Shown here in pieces: positions 1 through 9,363 of a stretch of 32,000 bases of DNA. The DNA is taken from positions 14,481 through 46,480 of the forward strand of contig CAZMGA010000002.1 of NCBI GenBank assembly GCA_964565725.1. Direction: 5' to 3'. Below the pieces are notes generated by a model, which was given only the letters and a program-made list of their open reading frames with translations, ran no database searches and had not been told where the DNA came from. Every line of letters starts with the position of its first letter. Within the stretch, counting starts at the first letter, position 1. Source of the DNA: an uncultured archaeon (GTDB lineage: Archaea; Iainarchaeota; Iainarchaeia; Iainarchaeales; 0-14-0-20-30-16). Position numbers and translations under genes: made by a program.

Positions 1-59
1 TAACTGAATTATATAAAGATGATGAAAGAAGATTCAAACATATTACCAAGGTGATTTAA
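1..59 (+). CDS. C-terminal fragment of upstream gene, probably ribosomal protein uL24 (partial)
   Basis: Frame from base 3 reads TELYKDDERRFKHITKVI* ending at 57-59. The tail resembles a uL24 C-terminus and uL24 normally precedes eS4 in archaea. Confidence 0.5.
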   Translation, partial: TELYKDDERRFKHITKVI

Positions 60-770
60 ATGGCAAATAAAACAGGTAAAAATCGTCAAAAAAGAATAAG
101 TTATATAGGTAAAGCAAGAATAAATAAAAAAGAAAGTGTTTGGGCATTTAAAACAAGACCTGGAGCACATGCAAAAAATATGAGTGCAACTTTCGCAAAT
201 GTAATTAGAGATATTTTAAAACTTGCACAAAATACAAGAGAAGTAAAATATATTTTGAATAATAAAAATTGTTTAGTTAATGGATCAAGAGTAAAAGATT
301 ATAAATTTTCTATTGGCTTGTTTGATATTATTGAATTTAAAGATGTTGATAAAGTATATAGAGTAATTTTTAATTCACATGATAAAATAGAATTGTTAGA
401 ATTATCTAAAGAAGATAAATTAATTAGACCTTGTAGAATTACTAAAAAGAAAATAATTGGTAAAGATAAAATACAAGTTGGTTTTGGAAACGGATTTAAT
501 TGGATATTACCAAAAGGTAAAAATGTGAAATTAGGTGATACTGTTATTTACGATGTTTCTAAAAAAGAATTTACTGATATATTAGAAATGAAAGAAAATG
601 TTAAGACTTATATTTTTGGAGGTCCTCATGTAAGTAAAATGGGTACTTTAAAAAATATAGTTAAAGGTGATTTGAGAAAATCAAGTGAAATTACAATTGA
701 GTCTAAAGGTAAAGATTTGAAAACTATGGAAAAATATGTTTTTGCAATACCTAATGATTTTTTGAATTAA
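60..770 (+). CDS. rps4e: 30S ribosomal protein eS4
   Basis: ORF 236 aa; ISYIGKARINKKESVWAFKTRPGAHAKNMS..., NCLVNGSRVKDYKF; preceded by GGTGAT. Confidence 0.95.
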   Translation: MANKTGKNRQKRISYIGKARINKKESVWAFKTRPGAHAKNMSATFANVIRDILKLAQNTREVKYILNNKNCLVNGSRVKDYKFSIGLFDIIEFKDVDKVYRVIFNSHDKIELLELSKEDKLIRPCRITKKKIIGKDKIQVGFGNGFNWILPKGKNVKLGDTVIYDVSKKEFTDILEMKENVKTYIFGGPHVSKMGTLKNIVKGDLRKSSEITIESKGKDLKTMEKYVFAIPNDFLN

Positions 771-784
771 TTAAGTGATATTTT

Positions 785-1312
785 ATGGCTAATGAAAAAG
801 TAAAAGAAAATCCAATGAAAGAAATAGAAATTGATAAAGTTGTTGTGCATATTTGTACTGGTGAAACTGGTCAAAAATTAGATAATGCTAAAAAAATATT
901 AACTCTTTTGACTAATAGAAAACCAATTGAAACTATGTCAAAAACAAAGTTGCCTAAATGGGGTTTAAGACCTGGTATTCCTATAGGTATAAAAATAACT
1001 TTAAGAAAAAAAGAAGCAGAAGAATTTTTGAAAAAAACATTAGATGCAAAATCTTTTACATTGAATAAAAGATGTTTAGATAAAAATGGTAATTTTGCAT
1101 TTGGAATTGCAGAACATATTGATATTAAAGGTATGAAATATGATCCTAAAATAGGTATTTATGGTTTTGATGTAATAGTATCTATGAAAAGAAAAGGATT
1201 TAGAATAAAATATAGAAAATTAAAAAGATTACCTTTAAATGAAAGTATGAAAATTAGTAAAGATGAAACAATAAATTTCTTAACTAAAAAATATGGTGTA
1301 AAATTTAATTAA
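785..1312 (+). CDS. rpl5: 50S ribosomal protein uL5
   Basis: ORF 175 aa; VVVHICTGETGQKLDNAKKILTLLTNRKPIETMSK, WGLRPGIPIGIKITLR. Confidence 0.95.
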   Translation: MANEKVKENPMKEIEIDKVVVHICTGETGQKLDNAKKILTLLTNRKPIETMSKTKLPKWGLRPGIPIGIKITLRKKEAEEFLKKTLDAKSFTLNKRCLDKNGNFAFGIAEHIDIKGMKYDPKIGIYGFDVIVSMKRKGFRIKYRKLKRLPLNESMKISKDETINFLTKKYGVKFN

Positions 1313-1320
1313 GTGATATT

Positions 1321-1455
1321 ATGAAAGATAATAGAAAAGTAGTATGTAAATTTTGTGGTTCTGGTAAAGCTATTGTTAGAAAATATGATTTATATCTTTG
1401 TAGAAGATGTTTTAAAGATAATGCAGAAGCTTTAGGATTCCAAAAACTTGAGTGA
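1321..1455 (+). CDS. rps14: 30S ribosomal protein uS14 (zinc-binding, 44 aa; absent from supplied ORF track)
   Basis: Direct translation MKDNRKVVCKFCGSGKAIVRKYDLYLCRRCFKDNAEALGFQKLE*; two CxxC pairs; canonical position between uL5 and uS8; GTGAT upstream. Confidence 0.93.
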   Translation: MKDNRKVVCKFCGSGKAIVRKYDLYLCRRCFKDNAEALGFQKLE

Positions 1456-1465
1456 GGTGTAAAAT

Positions 1466-1855
1466 ATGAGTAAAGATACATTTTCAGACGCATTGACTCA
1501 TATTAAAAATAGCGACTTTGTTGCTAAACCAATGTGTAATATAAATATAGTAAATTCTTTGTTATTAAATACATTGAAAATATTAAAATCTGAAAAATAC
1601 ATCGAAAATTTTGATGTGAAAACAAATGATTGTAAAAAGAATGTAATAGTTTCTCTAAATGGTATGTTAACTAATTTGAAAGCTGTAAAGCCTAGATATC
1701 CTGTTAGTTATACTGAATTAGAAAAATTTGAAAAAAGATATTTGCCATCAAGAAATGTGGGTATATTAATATTATCTACTCCACAAGGTCTTAAAACACA
1801 TGTAGAAGCTAAAAAAGAAAAAATTGGTGGTAGATTAATAGCTTATGTGTATTAA
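1466..1855 (+). CDS. rps8: 30S ribosomal protein uS8
   Basis: ORF 129 aa; DALTHIKNSD..., RNVGILILSTPQGLKTHVEAKKEKIGGRLIAYVY. Confidence 0.95.
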   Translation: MSKDTFSDALTHIKNSDFVAKPMCNINIVNSLLLNTLKILKSEKYIENFDVKTNDCKKNVIVSLNGMLTNLKAVKPRYPVSYTELEKFEKRYLPSRNVGILILSTPQGLKTHVEAKKEKIGGRLIAYVY

Positions 1856-1866
1856 AGGTGACATTT

Positions 1867-2397
1867 ATGAAATTAGAAATTAATATTCCAGAAAAAATTA
1901 ATGTTAAGTTAGATAATAATATATTAAATGTAAAAGGCCCACAAGGTGAAATAGAAAAAGAATTTAAATCTAAATTAATAAATATTTCTATGAAGGATAA
2001 AATAATATATTTAGAAACTATTAATGAAAGAAAAAATAGTTTGTCAATATTAAATACTACTAAATCTTTAATAGAAAATATGTTTAGTGGTACTGAAAAA
2101 AAATATACTTATGTTTTAAGAGGAGTGTATTCTCACTTTCCGTTAACTTTATCTGTTAAAGGAGATAATTTTGTTATAAATAATTATTTAGGTGAAAAAA
2201 ACGTTAAAACTGTTAAAATACCAAAAAATGTAGAAGTAAGTATTAAAGGTAAAGAAGTTTATATTAAATCTGTAGATAAAGCTTTAGCAGGTAATATTGC
2301 AGGATTAATTGAAAATAGTGCTAAAGTATTAAATAGAGATAGAAGAATTTTTCAAGATGGAATTTATATAATTACAAAAGGTGTACAAAATGAGTAA
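1867..2397 (+). CDS. rpl6: 50S ribosomal protein uL6
   Basis: ORF; start moved from GTG 1858 (part of the GGTG SD) to ATG 1867; NILNVKGPQGEIEKEF. Confidence 0.93.
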   Translation: MKLEINIPEKINVKLDNNILNVKGPQGEIEKEFKSKLINISMKDKIIYLETINERKNSLSILNTTKSLIENMFSGTEKKYTYVLRGVYSHFPLTLSVKGDNFVINNYLGEKNVKTVKIPKNVEVSIKGKEVYIKSVDKALAGNIAGLIENSAKVLNRDRRIFQDGIYIITKGVQNE

Positions 2398-2752
2398 TAA
2401 TGTTAAAAATATGCCTACTTTCAGAGGTAGATTTGGAACTAGAAGTAAAAGAAAAAAATCTATTGCTAAATGGAATAAATGGAGATTTCCTAGAGGTATA
2501 GATATTGTTTTTGGTAAAGGCGATAATCAAAATCCAAGCATAGGTTATGGTACAGATAGGAAAGTAAGAAATTTGCATCCTACAAAAAGAGTTGAAATTT
2601 ATGTTAGAAATTTAGATTCTTTAAAAAGACATGTTGCTGAAAACAAAGATGTTAATAAATATATTTATAGATTATCTGCAAATTTAGGTGCTAAAAAAAG
2701 AATTGAAATAAAAGAATTTGCTAAAGAAAAAAAATTAAAAGTAATTAATTAA
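2390..2752 (+). CDS. rpl32e: 50S ribosomal protein eL32
   Basis: MSNNVKNMPTFRGRFGTRSKRKKSIAKWNKWRFPRGIDI...SIGYGTDRKVRNLHP; start moved to ATG 2390; overlaps the uL6 stop. Confidence 0.93.
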   Translation: MSNNVKNMPTFRGRFGTRSKRKKSIAKWNKWRFPRGIDIVFGKGDNQNPSIGYGTDRKVRNLHPTKRVEIYVRNLDSLKRHVAENKDVNKYIYRLSANLGAKKRIEIKEFAKEKKLKVIN

Positions 2753-2762
2753 AGGTGTCTTT

Positions 2763-3191
2763 ATGAATATGAAATCTGCAAAAAGAATTGCTGCAAAGAA
2801 AATGAATGTTGGAAAAAGTAGAGTTTCTGTAAAACCAGATGCTTTAAAAAAAATTAAAGAAGCAATTACTGGTATGGACTTAGAAAATTTAATTAAAGAA
2901 AAAATCTTCCATAAAAAAGGTCAAAGCCAAAGTAAAGGTAGAGCAAGAATATTGTTAGAAAAGAAAAAGAAAGGAAGAAGAAAGGGTCCTGGAACAAGAA
3001 AAGGTACTAAAAATGCAAGAACTGATAGACATGAAATGTGGATACGAAAAGTGAGATCCCAAAGAACATATATTGTTAAATTATTAGAAGATAAAAAAAT
3101 AGATAAAAAACAATATAGAGATTTATACAATAAAATCAAAGGTGGATTTTTTAGAAGTAAAAGCCATATTGATTCATATTTAAAGAAATAG
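2763..3191 (+). CDS. rpl19e: 50S ribosomal protein eL19
   Basis: ORF 142 aa; AKRIAAKKMNVGKSRVSV, KKKGRRKGPGTRKGTKNARTDRHEMWIRKVRSQRTYI. Confidence 0.95.
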   Translation: MNMKSAKRIAAKKMNVGKSRVSVKPDALKKIKEAITGMDLENLIKEKIFHKKGQSQSKGRARILLEKKKKGRRKGPGTRKGTKNARTDRHEMWIRKVRSQRTYIVKLLEDKKIDKKQYRDLYNKIKGGFFRSKSHIDSYLKK

Positions 3192-3199
3192 GTGATTTA

Positions 3200-3676
3200 A
3201 TGCCTGTATATAGACGAAGAAAAGAAATGAAAACAAACTATGCAAAGAGATTATCTTTATTGAAATCAAAAACAAATAGATTAGTATTAAGATTATCTAA
3301 TACATATTGTAATTTAGAATATGTTCTACATAATCCTAAAGGAGATTTAATAAAATTTAGTATTTCCTCAAAATCTATTAAAAAATTTGGTTGGAATAAA
3401 GGATTTAAATCATTACCAGCTTGTTATTTAACAGGTTATTTATTTGGTAAAGAAATAAATAAATTAAAATTAGAACAAAATTTAATTTTAGATTTAGGTT
3501 TACAACATGCTTTTCCTAAAGGAAGAATTTTTGCAACTGTAAAAGGTGCAATAGATGCAGATATAAAATTATCTGTTGATGAAAAAATGATTCCTAGTGA
3601 AGATAGAATTTCAGGAAAGCATATTAATGCAGAAGAATTATTTAAAAAAGTAAAAACTGCAATTGATAAAATGTAG
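3200..3676 (+). CDS. rpl18: 50S ribosomal protein uL18
   Basis: ORF 158 aa; YRRRKEMKTNYAKRLSLLKSKTNRLVLRLSNTY, ACYLTGYLFGKE; GGTGAT upstream. Confidence 0.93.
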   Translation: MPVYRRRKEMKTNYAKRLSLLKSKTNRLVLRLSNTYCNLEYVLHNPKGDLIKFSISSKSIKKFGWNKGFKSLPACYLTGYLFGKEINKLKLEQNLILDLGLQHAFPKGRIFATVKGAIDADIKLSVDEKMIPSEDRISGKHINAEELFKKVKTAIDKM

Positions 3677-3684
3677 GTGTATTT

Positions 3685-4440
3685 ATGGTAGATAAATTTA
3701 AATTAGCTAAAAGAAAATCTCAAAGAAGAGCAGAATATGCTAGAACTAGTGAAACTGCAAATACAAAAATTGCTAATAGTGAAGAAATAGTTGAAGCTGT
3801 TCATAAAAAAAGAGCTAAAAAATTATTATTTGATGCAAACATAGAAAATTGGAATCCTAGAACAGAATTAGGTAAGAAAGTAAAAGAAGGCGAAATAAAA
3901 AGTTTAGATGAAATATTTATAAAAAATATGAAAATTATTGAGCCAGAAATAGTTGATTTTTTTATAAAAGATATTAATGAAAAATTAATGGACACAACTA
4001 AAACATCTTATGTAAGAATGTCTGGAAGAAAATATAATTATAGATGTGCTGTATTAATTGGTGATGGTAATAAATATTTGGGATTTGCTGTTGCAAAAGA
4101 TAAAGATAGATGGACTGCAGCAGGTAAAGCAGCAAGATTAGCTAGATTAAATTTAGTACAAATTAAAAAAGGTTGTGGAAGTTGGGAATGTAGATGTAGT
4201 AATTTACATAGTATTCCTTTTGAAGTTGATGGTAAAACAGGAGCTTCAAGAATAACAATAAGACCTGCTCCATTAGGTGTTGGTTTAGTAGTAAGTGAAT
4301 ATATAAAACCAGTTTTCCAATTTGTAAATATACAAGATGTTTGGAGTAGAGGTTCAGGAGAAACAGCTACAAAAATAAATATTATAAAAGCAACAATTGA
4401 AGCTTTGAAAAAAACAAATACAAAAGTAAATTACAGGTGA
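3685..4440 (+). CDS. rps5: 30S ribosomal protein uS5
   Basis: ORF 251 aa; VGDGNKYLGFAVAKDKDR-like region, GCGSWECRC, RPAPLGVGLVVSEYIKPVFQFVNIQDVWSRGSGETAT. Confidence 0.95.
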   Translation: MVDKFKLAKRKSQRRAEYARTSETANTKIANSEEIVEAVHKKRAKKLLFDANIENWNPRTELGKKVKEGEIKSLDEIFIKNMKIIEPEIVDFFIKDINEKLMDTTKTSYVRMSGRKYNYRCAVLIGDGNKYLGFAVAKDKDRWTAAGKAARLARLNLVQIKKGCGSWECRCSNLHSIPFEVDGKTGASRITIRPAPLGVGLVVSEYIKPVFQFVNIQDVWSRGSGETATKINIIKATIEALKKTNTKVNYR

Positions 4441-4445
4441 GCATA

Positions 4446-4913
4446 ATGAATAATTTAATAGCTATTGTAAAAATTAGAGGAAATGTAGATGTTAAAAAAG
4501 AATTTGTAGATACAATGAAAATGTTAAGATTAACTGAAAATAATCATTGTGCAATTCATAAAGACTCTAGTGTTTTACAAGGTATGATTAAAAAAGTAAA
4601 AGATTACATAACTTTTGGTGTTATAGATAAAGATACTTTAAAATCATTGATTCTAAAAAGAGGAAGATTAAGTGGAGATAAAAGAATTACTGATGAATGG
4701 TTAAAAGAAAAAAAATTAACTATTGATAAATTAGTAGATTTATTTTATGAAGATCCTGAAAAAGTATATGAATTAGGAATAAAAAAAGTATTTAGATTAA
4801 GTCCACCATCTAAAGGATTTGGTAGAGTAGGTATAAAATATCCTATAAATATGGGTGGAGCTTTAGGTAACAGAGAAGATAAAATAGGATTATTATTAAA
4901 AAAAATGATGTGA
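4446..4913 (+). CDS. rpl30: 50S ribosomal protein uL30
   Basis: LIAIVKIRGNVDVKKEFVDTMKMLRLTENNHCAI; start moved to ATG 4446 after GGTGAG. Confidence 0.93.
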   Translation: MNNLIAIVKIRGNVDVKKEFVDTMKMLRLTENNHCAIHKDSSVLQGMIKKVKDYITFGVIDKDTLKSLILKRGRLSGDKRITDEWLKEKKLTIDKLVDLFYEDPEKVYELGIKKVFRLSPPSKGFGRVGIKYPINMGGALGNREDKIGLLLKKMM

Positions 4914-4918
4914 TAATT

Positions 4919-5329
4919 ATGGTTGTTCGTAAAGCAAAAAAATTAAAAAAATATTTAGGTACTAGAACTAGAGGTGCAGGTAATACTGAAAATAGAAGAG
5001 GTGCTGGTTCAAAAGGTGGAAAAGGTAATACAGGAAAAATGGGTCATAAAAAACATATGTTCTTTGATGTTATTGGTCATAATATAAAAAACAAGCCTTT
5101 AAGTACAAGTAAAACAATTACTTTTAATCAAATTAATGAAATTATTAATAATATGGTTAAAAAAGGACAAAAAGAACCTTTTATATTTGATTTTAAGTCA
5201 AAAGAATTAAAATCTTACACTAAATTAGTTTCAAAAGGAACTTTAAAATATAAATTAAATTGTAAAAATATAATAATAACAGAAAAAGCAAAATCACAAA
5301 TAGAAAATAAAGGGGGTTCTATTGAATGA
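4919..5329 (+). CDS. rpl15: 50S ribosomal protein uL15
   Basis: KKYLGTRTRGAGNTENRRGAGSKGGKGNTGKMGHKKH; start ATG 4919 after GTGAT. Confidence 0.92.
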   Translation: MVVRKAKKLKKYLGTRTRGAGNTENRRGAGSKGGKGNTGKMGHKKHMFFDVIGHNIKNKPLSTSKTITFNQINEIINNMVKKGQKEPFIFDFKSKELKSYTKLVSKGTLKYKLNCKNIIITEKAKSQIENKGGSIE

Positions 5330-6732
5330 GCTTTGCAAATATAATTTCTATTGTTTCTAAGTATATTCCTGCTGTAGAAACTCCAAGTTCAAAACCAAAT
5401 TTATCTAAAAGATTAACATATAGTTTTTTGGTATTAATTTTGTTTTTTATTTTAGGTTTAATACCTTTAATAGGTTTGGCAGAATCTACTGGTGAAGCAT
5501 TATCAATGTATCAGTTATTATTAGCAAGTAATATAGGTACATTATTAACAGTTGGTATAGGTCCAATTGTAGTAGCTTCTATATTATTACAATTATTAGT
5601 AGGAACTGGTATTTGGAAATTAGATTTTGGAAATCCTAATGATAGAGCTTTGTTTAGTGGTACTCAAAAAATATTTGCGATTTTATTATCTATAATTGAA
5701 GCTTTTATTTACGTTAAAGTTGGTTTTTTACAACCTGCTGATGGTATGTTTTTTTGGGTTGTATTGCAAGTAGCTTTAGGATCTATAATTTTATTATATT
5801 TAGATGAAGTTGTAAAAAATTATGGTTTTGGTTCCGGAATAAGTTTATTTATTGCGGGTGGTGTAGCATCTTCTGTATTTTGGAGAGTATTTAGTCCTAT
5901 GAGTTCTTTACAGACAGGATTTAAATTAGTATCTTCTGGTGCTGCTTTAAGTTTAAGTAGCGGTTCAGGTTTATTGTGGAGTTTTTTCTCTCAAATGGGA
6001 AATAGTATTTATCAATCATTTATTACAAATTTATTCCCAATAGTTTCGGCACTAATAGTTTTCTTTATAGTAATTTACTTTGAAGGCGTGCATGTAAATA
6101 TACCTTTAACTATGGGTAGAAGTACACAAATGGGTAGATATCCTGTAAAGTTTTTATATGTAAGTAATTTACCTGTAATATTGGCAGCTGCATTATTTGC
6201 AAATTTTACAATATTATATAAATTAGTTGAAGGTAAAAGTATTCCTATATTGGAACCATTTTTGTTATATTTAAGTAAATATACTAATGCACCTACAAAT
6301 TTAGTGCAGAATATATTCTTACAAGGATTCTCAGGAATGGGTGGAGAAATATTACAAGGATTAGTATATTTAGTATTATTGGCATTGACATGTATATTCT
6401 TTGGAATAATGTGGGTAAAAATGGCTAACCAAGATTCTCAATCAGTAGCTAAACAATTACAAAGAAGTGGTATGTTTTTGCCAGGATTTAGAAGAGATCC
6501 AAGAGTAATACAAAGTGTTTTAGATAAATATATTCCAACTATTACAATTTTAGGTTCTATATTTGTAGCATTGTTAGCTGGTTTTGCAAGTTTAACTAGT
6601 GCAGTAGGAACTGGAATGGGTATATTATTAACAGTAGATATTATTTATAGATTATATGAAGAAATAGTTAAAGAACAAGTGAGTACAGATTCTAATTTAA
6701 TTAGTAAATTTGTAAAGGGTGTAAAAAATTAG
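5326..6732 (+). CDS. secY: Preprotein translocase subunit SecY
   Basis: ORF 468 aa, multiple TM segments, GIGPIVVASILLQLLVG, YFEGVHVNIPL, canonical position after uL15. Confidence 0.97.
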   Translation: MSFANIISIVSKYIPAVETPSSKPNLSKRLTYSFLVLILFFILGLIPLIGLAESTGEALSMYQLLLASNIGTLLTVGIGPIVVASILLQLLVGTGIWKLDFGNPNDRALFSGTQKIFAILLSIIEAFIYVKVGFLQPADGMFFWVVLQVALGSIILLYLDEVVKNYGFGSGISLFIAGGVASSVFWRVFSPMSSLQTGFKLVSSGAALSLSSGSGLLWSFFSQMGNSIYQSFITNLFPIVSALIVFFIVIYFEGVHVNIPLTMGRSTQMGRYPVKFLYVSNLPVILAAALFANFTILYKLVEGKSIPILEPFLLYLSKYTNAPTNLVQNIFLQGFSGMGGEILQGLVYLVLLALTCIFFGIMWVKMANQDSQSVAKQLQRSGMFLPGFRRDPRVIQSVLDKYIPTITILGSIFVALLAGFASLTSAVGTGMGILLTVDIIYRLYEEIVKEQVSTDSNLISKFVKGVKN

Positions 6733-6740
6733 TGATTATT

Positions 6741-7190
6741 ATGATTGATTGGTTACCAGCATTTATAGTAGGATCTATAGCAGTAGTTTATGCTTTATTT
6801 TTGTTCTTATATCAAAAAAGATTAGATAAAAAAAATGGAATTACTGAAAAACAAAAAAAAAGTAAAGAATTACAAAAGCAAATGATGGATTTATCAAAAG
6901 ATAATAGTCCAGAAAGTATGAATAAAGTAAAAGAATTACAACAAGAAATGATGACATTAAGTACAGACATGATGAAAGGCCAATTCAAAAGTATGTTATG
7001 GATTATGTTAATTGGTTTATTAGTTTTGTATGTTGTAAATTTGTTTGAATTTGCAAAATTTCCTATAACCCATTTTTGGTATTTTACAAATGCTTTAACA
7101 TGGTTTATATTAATATCTTTATTATGTAATATAATATATAAATTATTATTTTGGATATTAGAAAAGAAAAATATTATAAAGGTGAATTAA
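6741..7190 (+). CDS. DUF106 / EMC3-TMCO1 (YidC-like) family membrane protein
   Basis: Three hydrophobic segments, central helical K/E-rich coiled region with KELQKQMM...KVKELQQEMM; usual location after secY. Likely start ATG 6741. Confidence 0.85.
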   Translation: MIDWLPAFIVGSIAVVYALFLFLYQKRLDKKNGITEKQKKSKELQKQMMDLSKDNSPESMNKVKELQQEMMTLSTDMMKGQFKSMLWIMLIGLLVLYVVNLFEFAKFPITHFWYFTNALTWFILISLLCNIIYKLLFWILEKKNIIKVN

Positions 7191-7520
7191 ATGGTTGCTC
7201 CAAATAAAAGAAATTTAAAGAAAAAATTTGTGAAAGTTACAAAAAGTACTAAAGATGTAAGATTTAGAGATAAACCTACAATATCTAGTTGTGCAATTTG
7301 TAAAAATATATTACAAGGTGTTCCTAGAGGAGATTTGAAAAAATTATCTAAAACTGAAAAAAGACCAAGTATTGTGTTTGGTGGAATTCTTTGTTCAAAA
7401 TGTAGAGATATAGTTTTTGACAATGCTATAATGTTAAAATTAAAAATAATAAATGAAAATGATGTATCTTTAAAATATAAAAATTATGTAAATACTGCAA
7501 TTTTGAAAATTGCAAAATAG
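7191..7520 (+). CDS. rpl34e: 50S ribosomal protein eL34
   Basis: SSCAICKNILQGVPRGDLKKLSKTEKRPSIVFGGILCSKC. Confidence 0.93.
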   Translation: MVAPNKRNLKKKFVKVTKSTKDVRFRDKPTISSCAICKNILQGVPRGDLKKLSKTEKRPSIVFGGILCSKCRDIVFDNAIMLKLKIINENDVSLKYKNYVNTAILKIAK

Positions 7521-7528
7521 GTGATTTT

Positions 7529-7984
7529 TTGATTGTTATAATTGCATCAGATGTAACATATAATTTAGAGCCATTTGTAAAAAAATTGGCTGTTAACTTA
7601 AGTGCAATTTACAAATCAATAGATTATGATTTTTTATTAAAAAATACAGGATTCTTTTCAGAATCTAAAACTGGTAAAATTGTTTATATGGGTCATGTAA
7701 TTGCATCTAAATTGGAAGTTCCAGCAATAAAAATATATTTAAAACAATCTTATGATACAATTTTGAGAAATTTATCAAACGAAAAAAAAATAAATTTGGA
7801 AGATGCAAAAATACAATATGACAATATAAAAAAATTAGAAAAAGAAAAATCAAAAAATTATTTTGGAGTGGATTTAGAAAATTTAGATGTTTATGATTTA
7901 ATTATGAAAATAGATTATTTAGATCAAAAATCTATATTACAAATAATTGAAAAATTTATTGCAAAACAAACAAATGAGGGATAG
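7529..7984 (+). CDS. Cytidylate-kinase-like protein, degenerate (no Walker A)
   Basis: TTG start after GGTGATttt; C-terminal EKSKNYFGVDLENLDVYDLIMKI resembles archaeal CMK (YxxxYGIDIDDLSIYDLVI); located between eL34 and eL14 as cmk is in archaea; no GxxGxGK(S/T). Confidence 0.6.
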   Translation: MIVIIASDVTYNLEPFVKKLAVNLSAIYKSIDYDFLLKNTGFFSESKTGKIVYMGHVIASKLEVPAIKIYLKQSYDTILRNLSNEKKINLEDAKIQYDNIKKLEKEKSKNYFGVDLENLDVYDLIMKIDYLDQKSILQIIEKFIAKQTNEG

Positions 7985-7985
7985 T

Positions 7986-8195
7986 ATGATTTTAGAAAAA
8001 GGTAGAGTATGTATTATAAAAAGAGGAAGAGATTTTGGAAAATTAGTAATGATTTTAGAGAATCCTAAAGAAAAAGATTCTACAGTAATGGTTGAAGGTT
8101 TAAATTTAAAAGCAACTAAAAAAAATATTAATCATTTATGGATTGTAGATAAAATGATAAATTCTGTAAAAGATTTAGAAAAGGTGAAATTATGA
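7986..8195 (+). CDS. rpl14e: 50S ribosomal protein eL14 (KOW domain)
   Basis: MILEKGRVCIIKRGRDFGKLVMILENPKEKDSTVMVEGLN...; start moved to ATG 7986. Confidence 0.85.
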   Translation: MILEKGRVCIIKRGRDFGKLVMILENPKEKDSTVMVEGLNLKATKKNINHLWIVDKMINSVKDLEKVKL

Positions 8196-8764
8196 GTGCA
8201 AAACCTGATAAAAATAAAAATATTAAAAATAAGAAAGTTGAAGTTAAAGAAGTAAAAAAAGAAGATAAATCATTAAAAAAACAACCACAAAAAGAAGTTA
8301 AAGAAGTAAAACATGATATTCAAAGAGAAATTGTTAGAATTGCTGGTATTGATTTAAATGGAAATTATTCTATTGAAAAAGGATTAAGAACAATAAAAGG
8401 AATTGGTATGAGAACTGCAAAAGTTTTAACTTATCAATTTTGTGAAAAAGTTAAATTACCTATAAATACATATATTGGAAATATCCCTCAAGATAAAGAT
8501 GATATATTAACAAAAATTGTTTTAGATTGTAAACTTCCTGAATGGATGTATAATAGAAAAAATGATTTGTATACAGGAGAAACAAAACAAATTACAAATT
8601 CAGATTTAATTTTTACATTAAGAGAAGATAAACAAAGATTAAGTAGAATAAAATCAAGAAGAGGAATGAGATTGTTAGCAAAATTACCTGTTAGAGGACA
8701 AAGAACAAAATCAAACTTCAGAAGAAAAGAAGGCGTAGTTGGAGTTGTGAAGAAAAAGAAGTAG
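8192..8764 (+). CDS. rps13: 30S ribosomal protein uS13 with charged N-terminal extension
   Basis: IVRIAGIDLNGNYSIEKGLRTIKGIGMRTAKVLTY..., RGMRLLAKLPVRGQRTKSNFRR. Confidence 0.95.
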   Translation: MSAKPDKNKNIKNKKVEVKEVKKEDKSLKKQPQKEVKEVKHDIQREIVRIAGIDLNGNYSIEKGLRTIKGIGMRTAKVLTYQFCEKVKLPINTYIGNIPQDKDDILTKIVLDCKLPEWMYNRKNDLYTGETKQITNSDLIFTLREDKQRLSRIKSRRGMRLLAKLPVRGQRTKSNFRRKEGVVGVVKKKK

Positions 8765-8774
8765 GTGATATTTT

Positions 8775-9353
8775 ATGGGTGACCCAAAGAAGATAAGAAA
8801 AAAATATGAGAGTCCTAAAAGACCTTGGGATAAACAAAGAATCCTAAAAGAAAAAGATTTATTAGATAAATATGGTTTGGCATCAAAAAAAGAAATTAGA
8901 ATAATGGAAGCAATAATTTCTAAAAAAAGAGAAGCTGTAAAAGGATTATTAGCTTTACAATCTGAAGTTGCTGAAAAAGGTAAAAAAGATTTAGTAAATT
9001 CTTTATATAGAATAGGGTTAGTATCTAAAGATGCTACATTTACAGATATATTGGGATTAAATGTAGAAGATATTTTAGAAAGAAGATTACAAACTTTAGT
9101 TTATAGACAAGGTTTAGCTTCTACAATAAAACAAGCTAGACAATTTATAATTCATGGATTTATATCAATAAACAATAGGAAAATAAATGTTCCAAGTTAT
9201 ATTGTAAATACTGATGAAGAAAAAAATATAGGTTATTATCAAGGTATAAAACCTAAGATATTAGATTTAGATGTAAAAAAGCCAGAATTACACAATAAAA
9301 AAGAAATTAAAGAAGAATCTACAGAAACAGAAAATGTAGAAAAAAGCGAATGA
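8775..9353 (+). CDS. rps4: 30S ribosomal protein uS4
   Basis: ORF 192 aa; KKIRKKYESPKRPWDKQRILKEKDLLDKYGLASKKEIR, RRLQTLVYRQGLASTIKQARQFIIHGFI-type S4 domain. Confidence 0.95.
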   Translation: MGDPKKIRKKYESPKRPWDKQRILKEKDLLDKYGLASKKEIRIMEAIISKKREAVKGLLALQSEVAEKGKKDLVNSLYRIGLVSKDATFTDILGLNVEDILERRLQTLVYRQGLASTIKQARQFIIHGFISINNRKINVPSYIVNTDEEKNIGYYQGIKPKILDLDVKKPELHNKKEIKEESTETENVEKSE

Positions 9354-9363
9354 GGTGCTAAAT

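Noticed and set aside
1305-3995. Antisense ORFs 1305..1493 -, 2372..2578 -, 2921..3139 -, 3801..3995 -
   Set aside because: Lie opposite highly conserved ribosomal protein genes, have no SD and look like low-complexity shadow translations; typical for AT-rich DNA.
7187-7423. Antisense ORF 78 aa
   Set aside because: Entirely opposite eL34; no recognisable domain.
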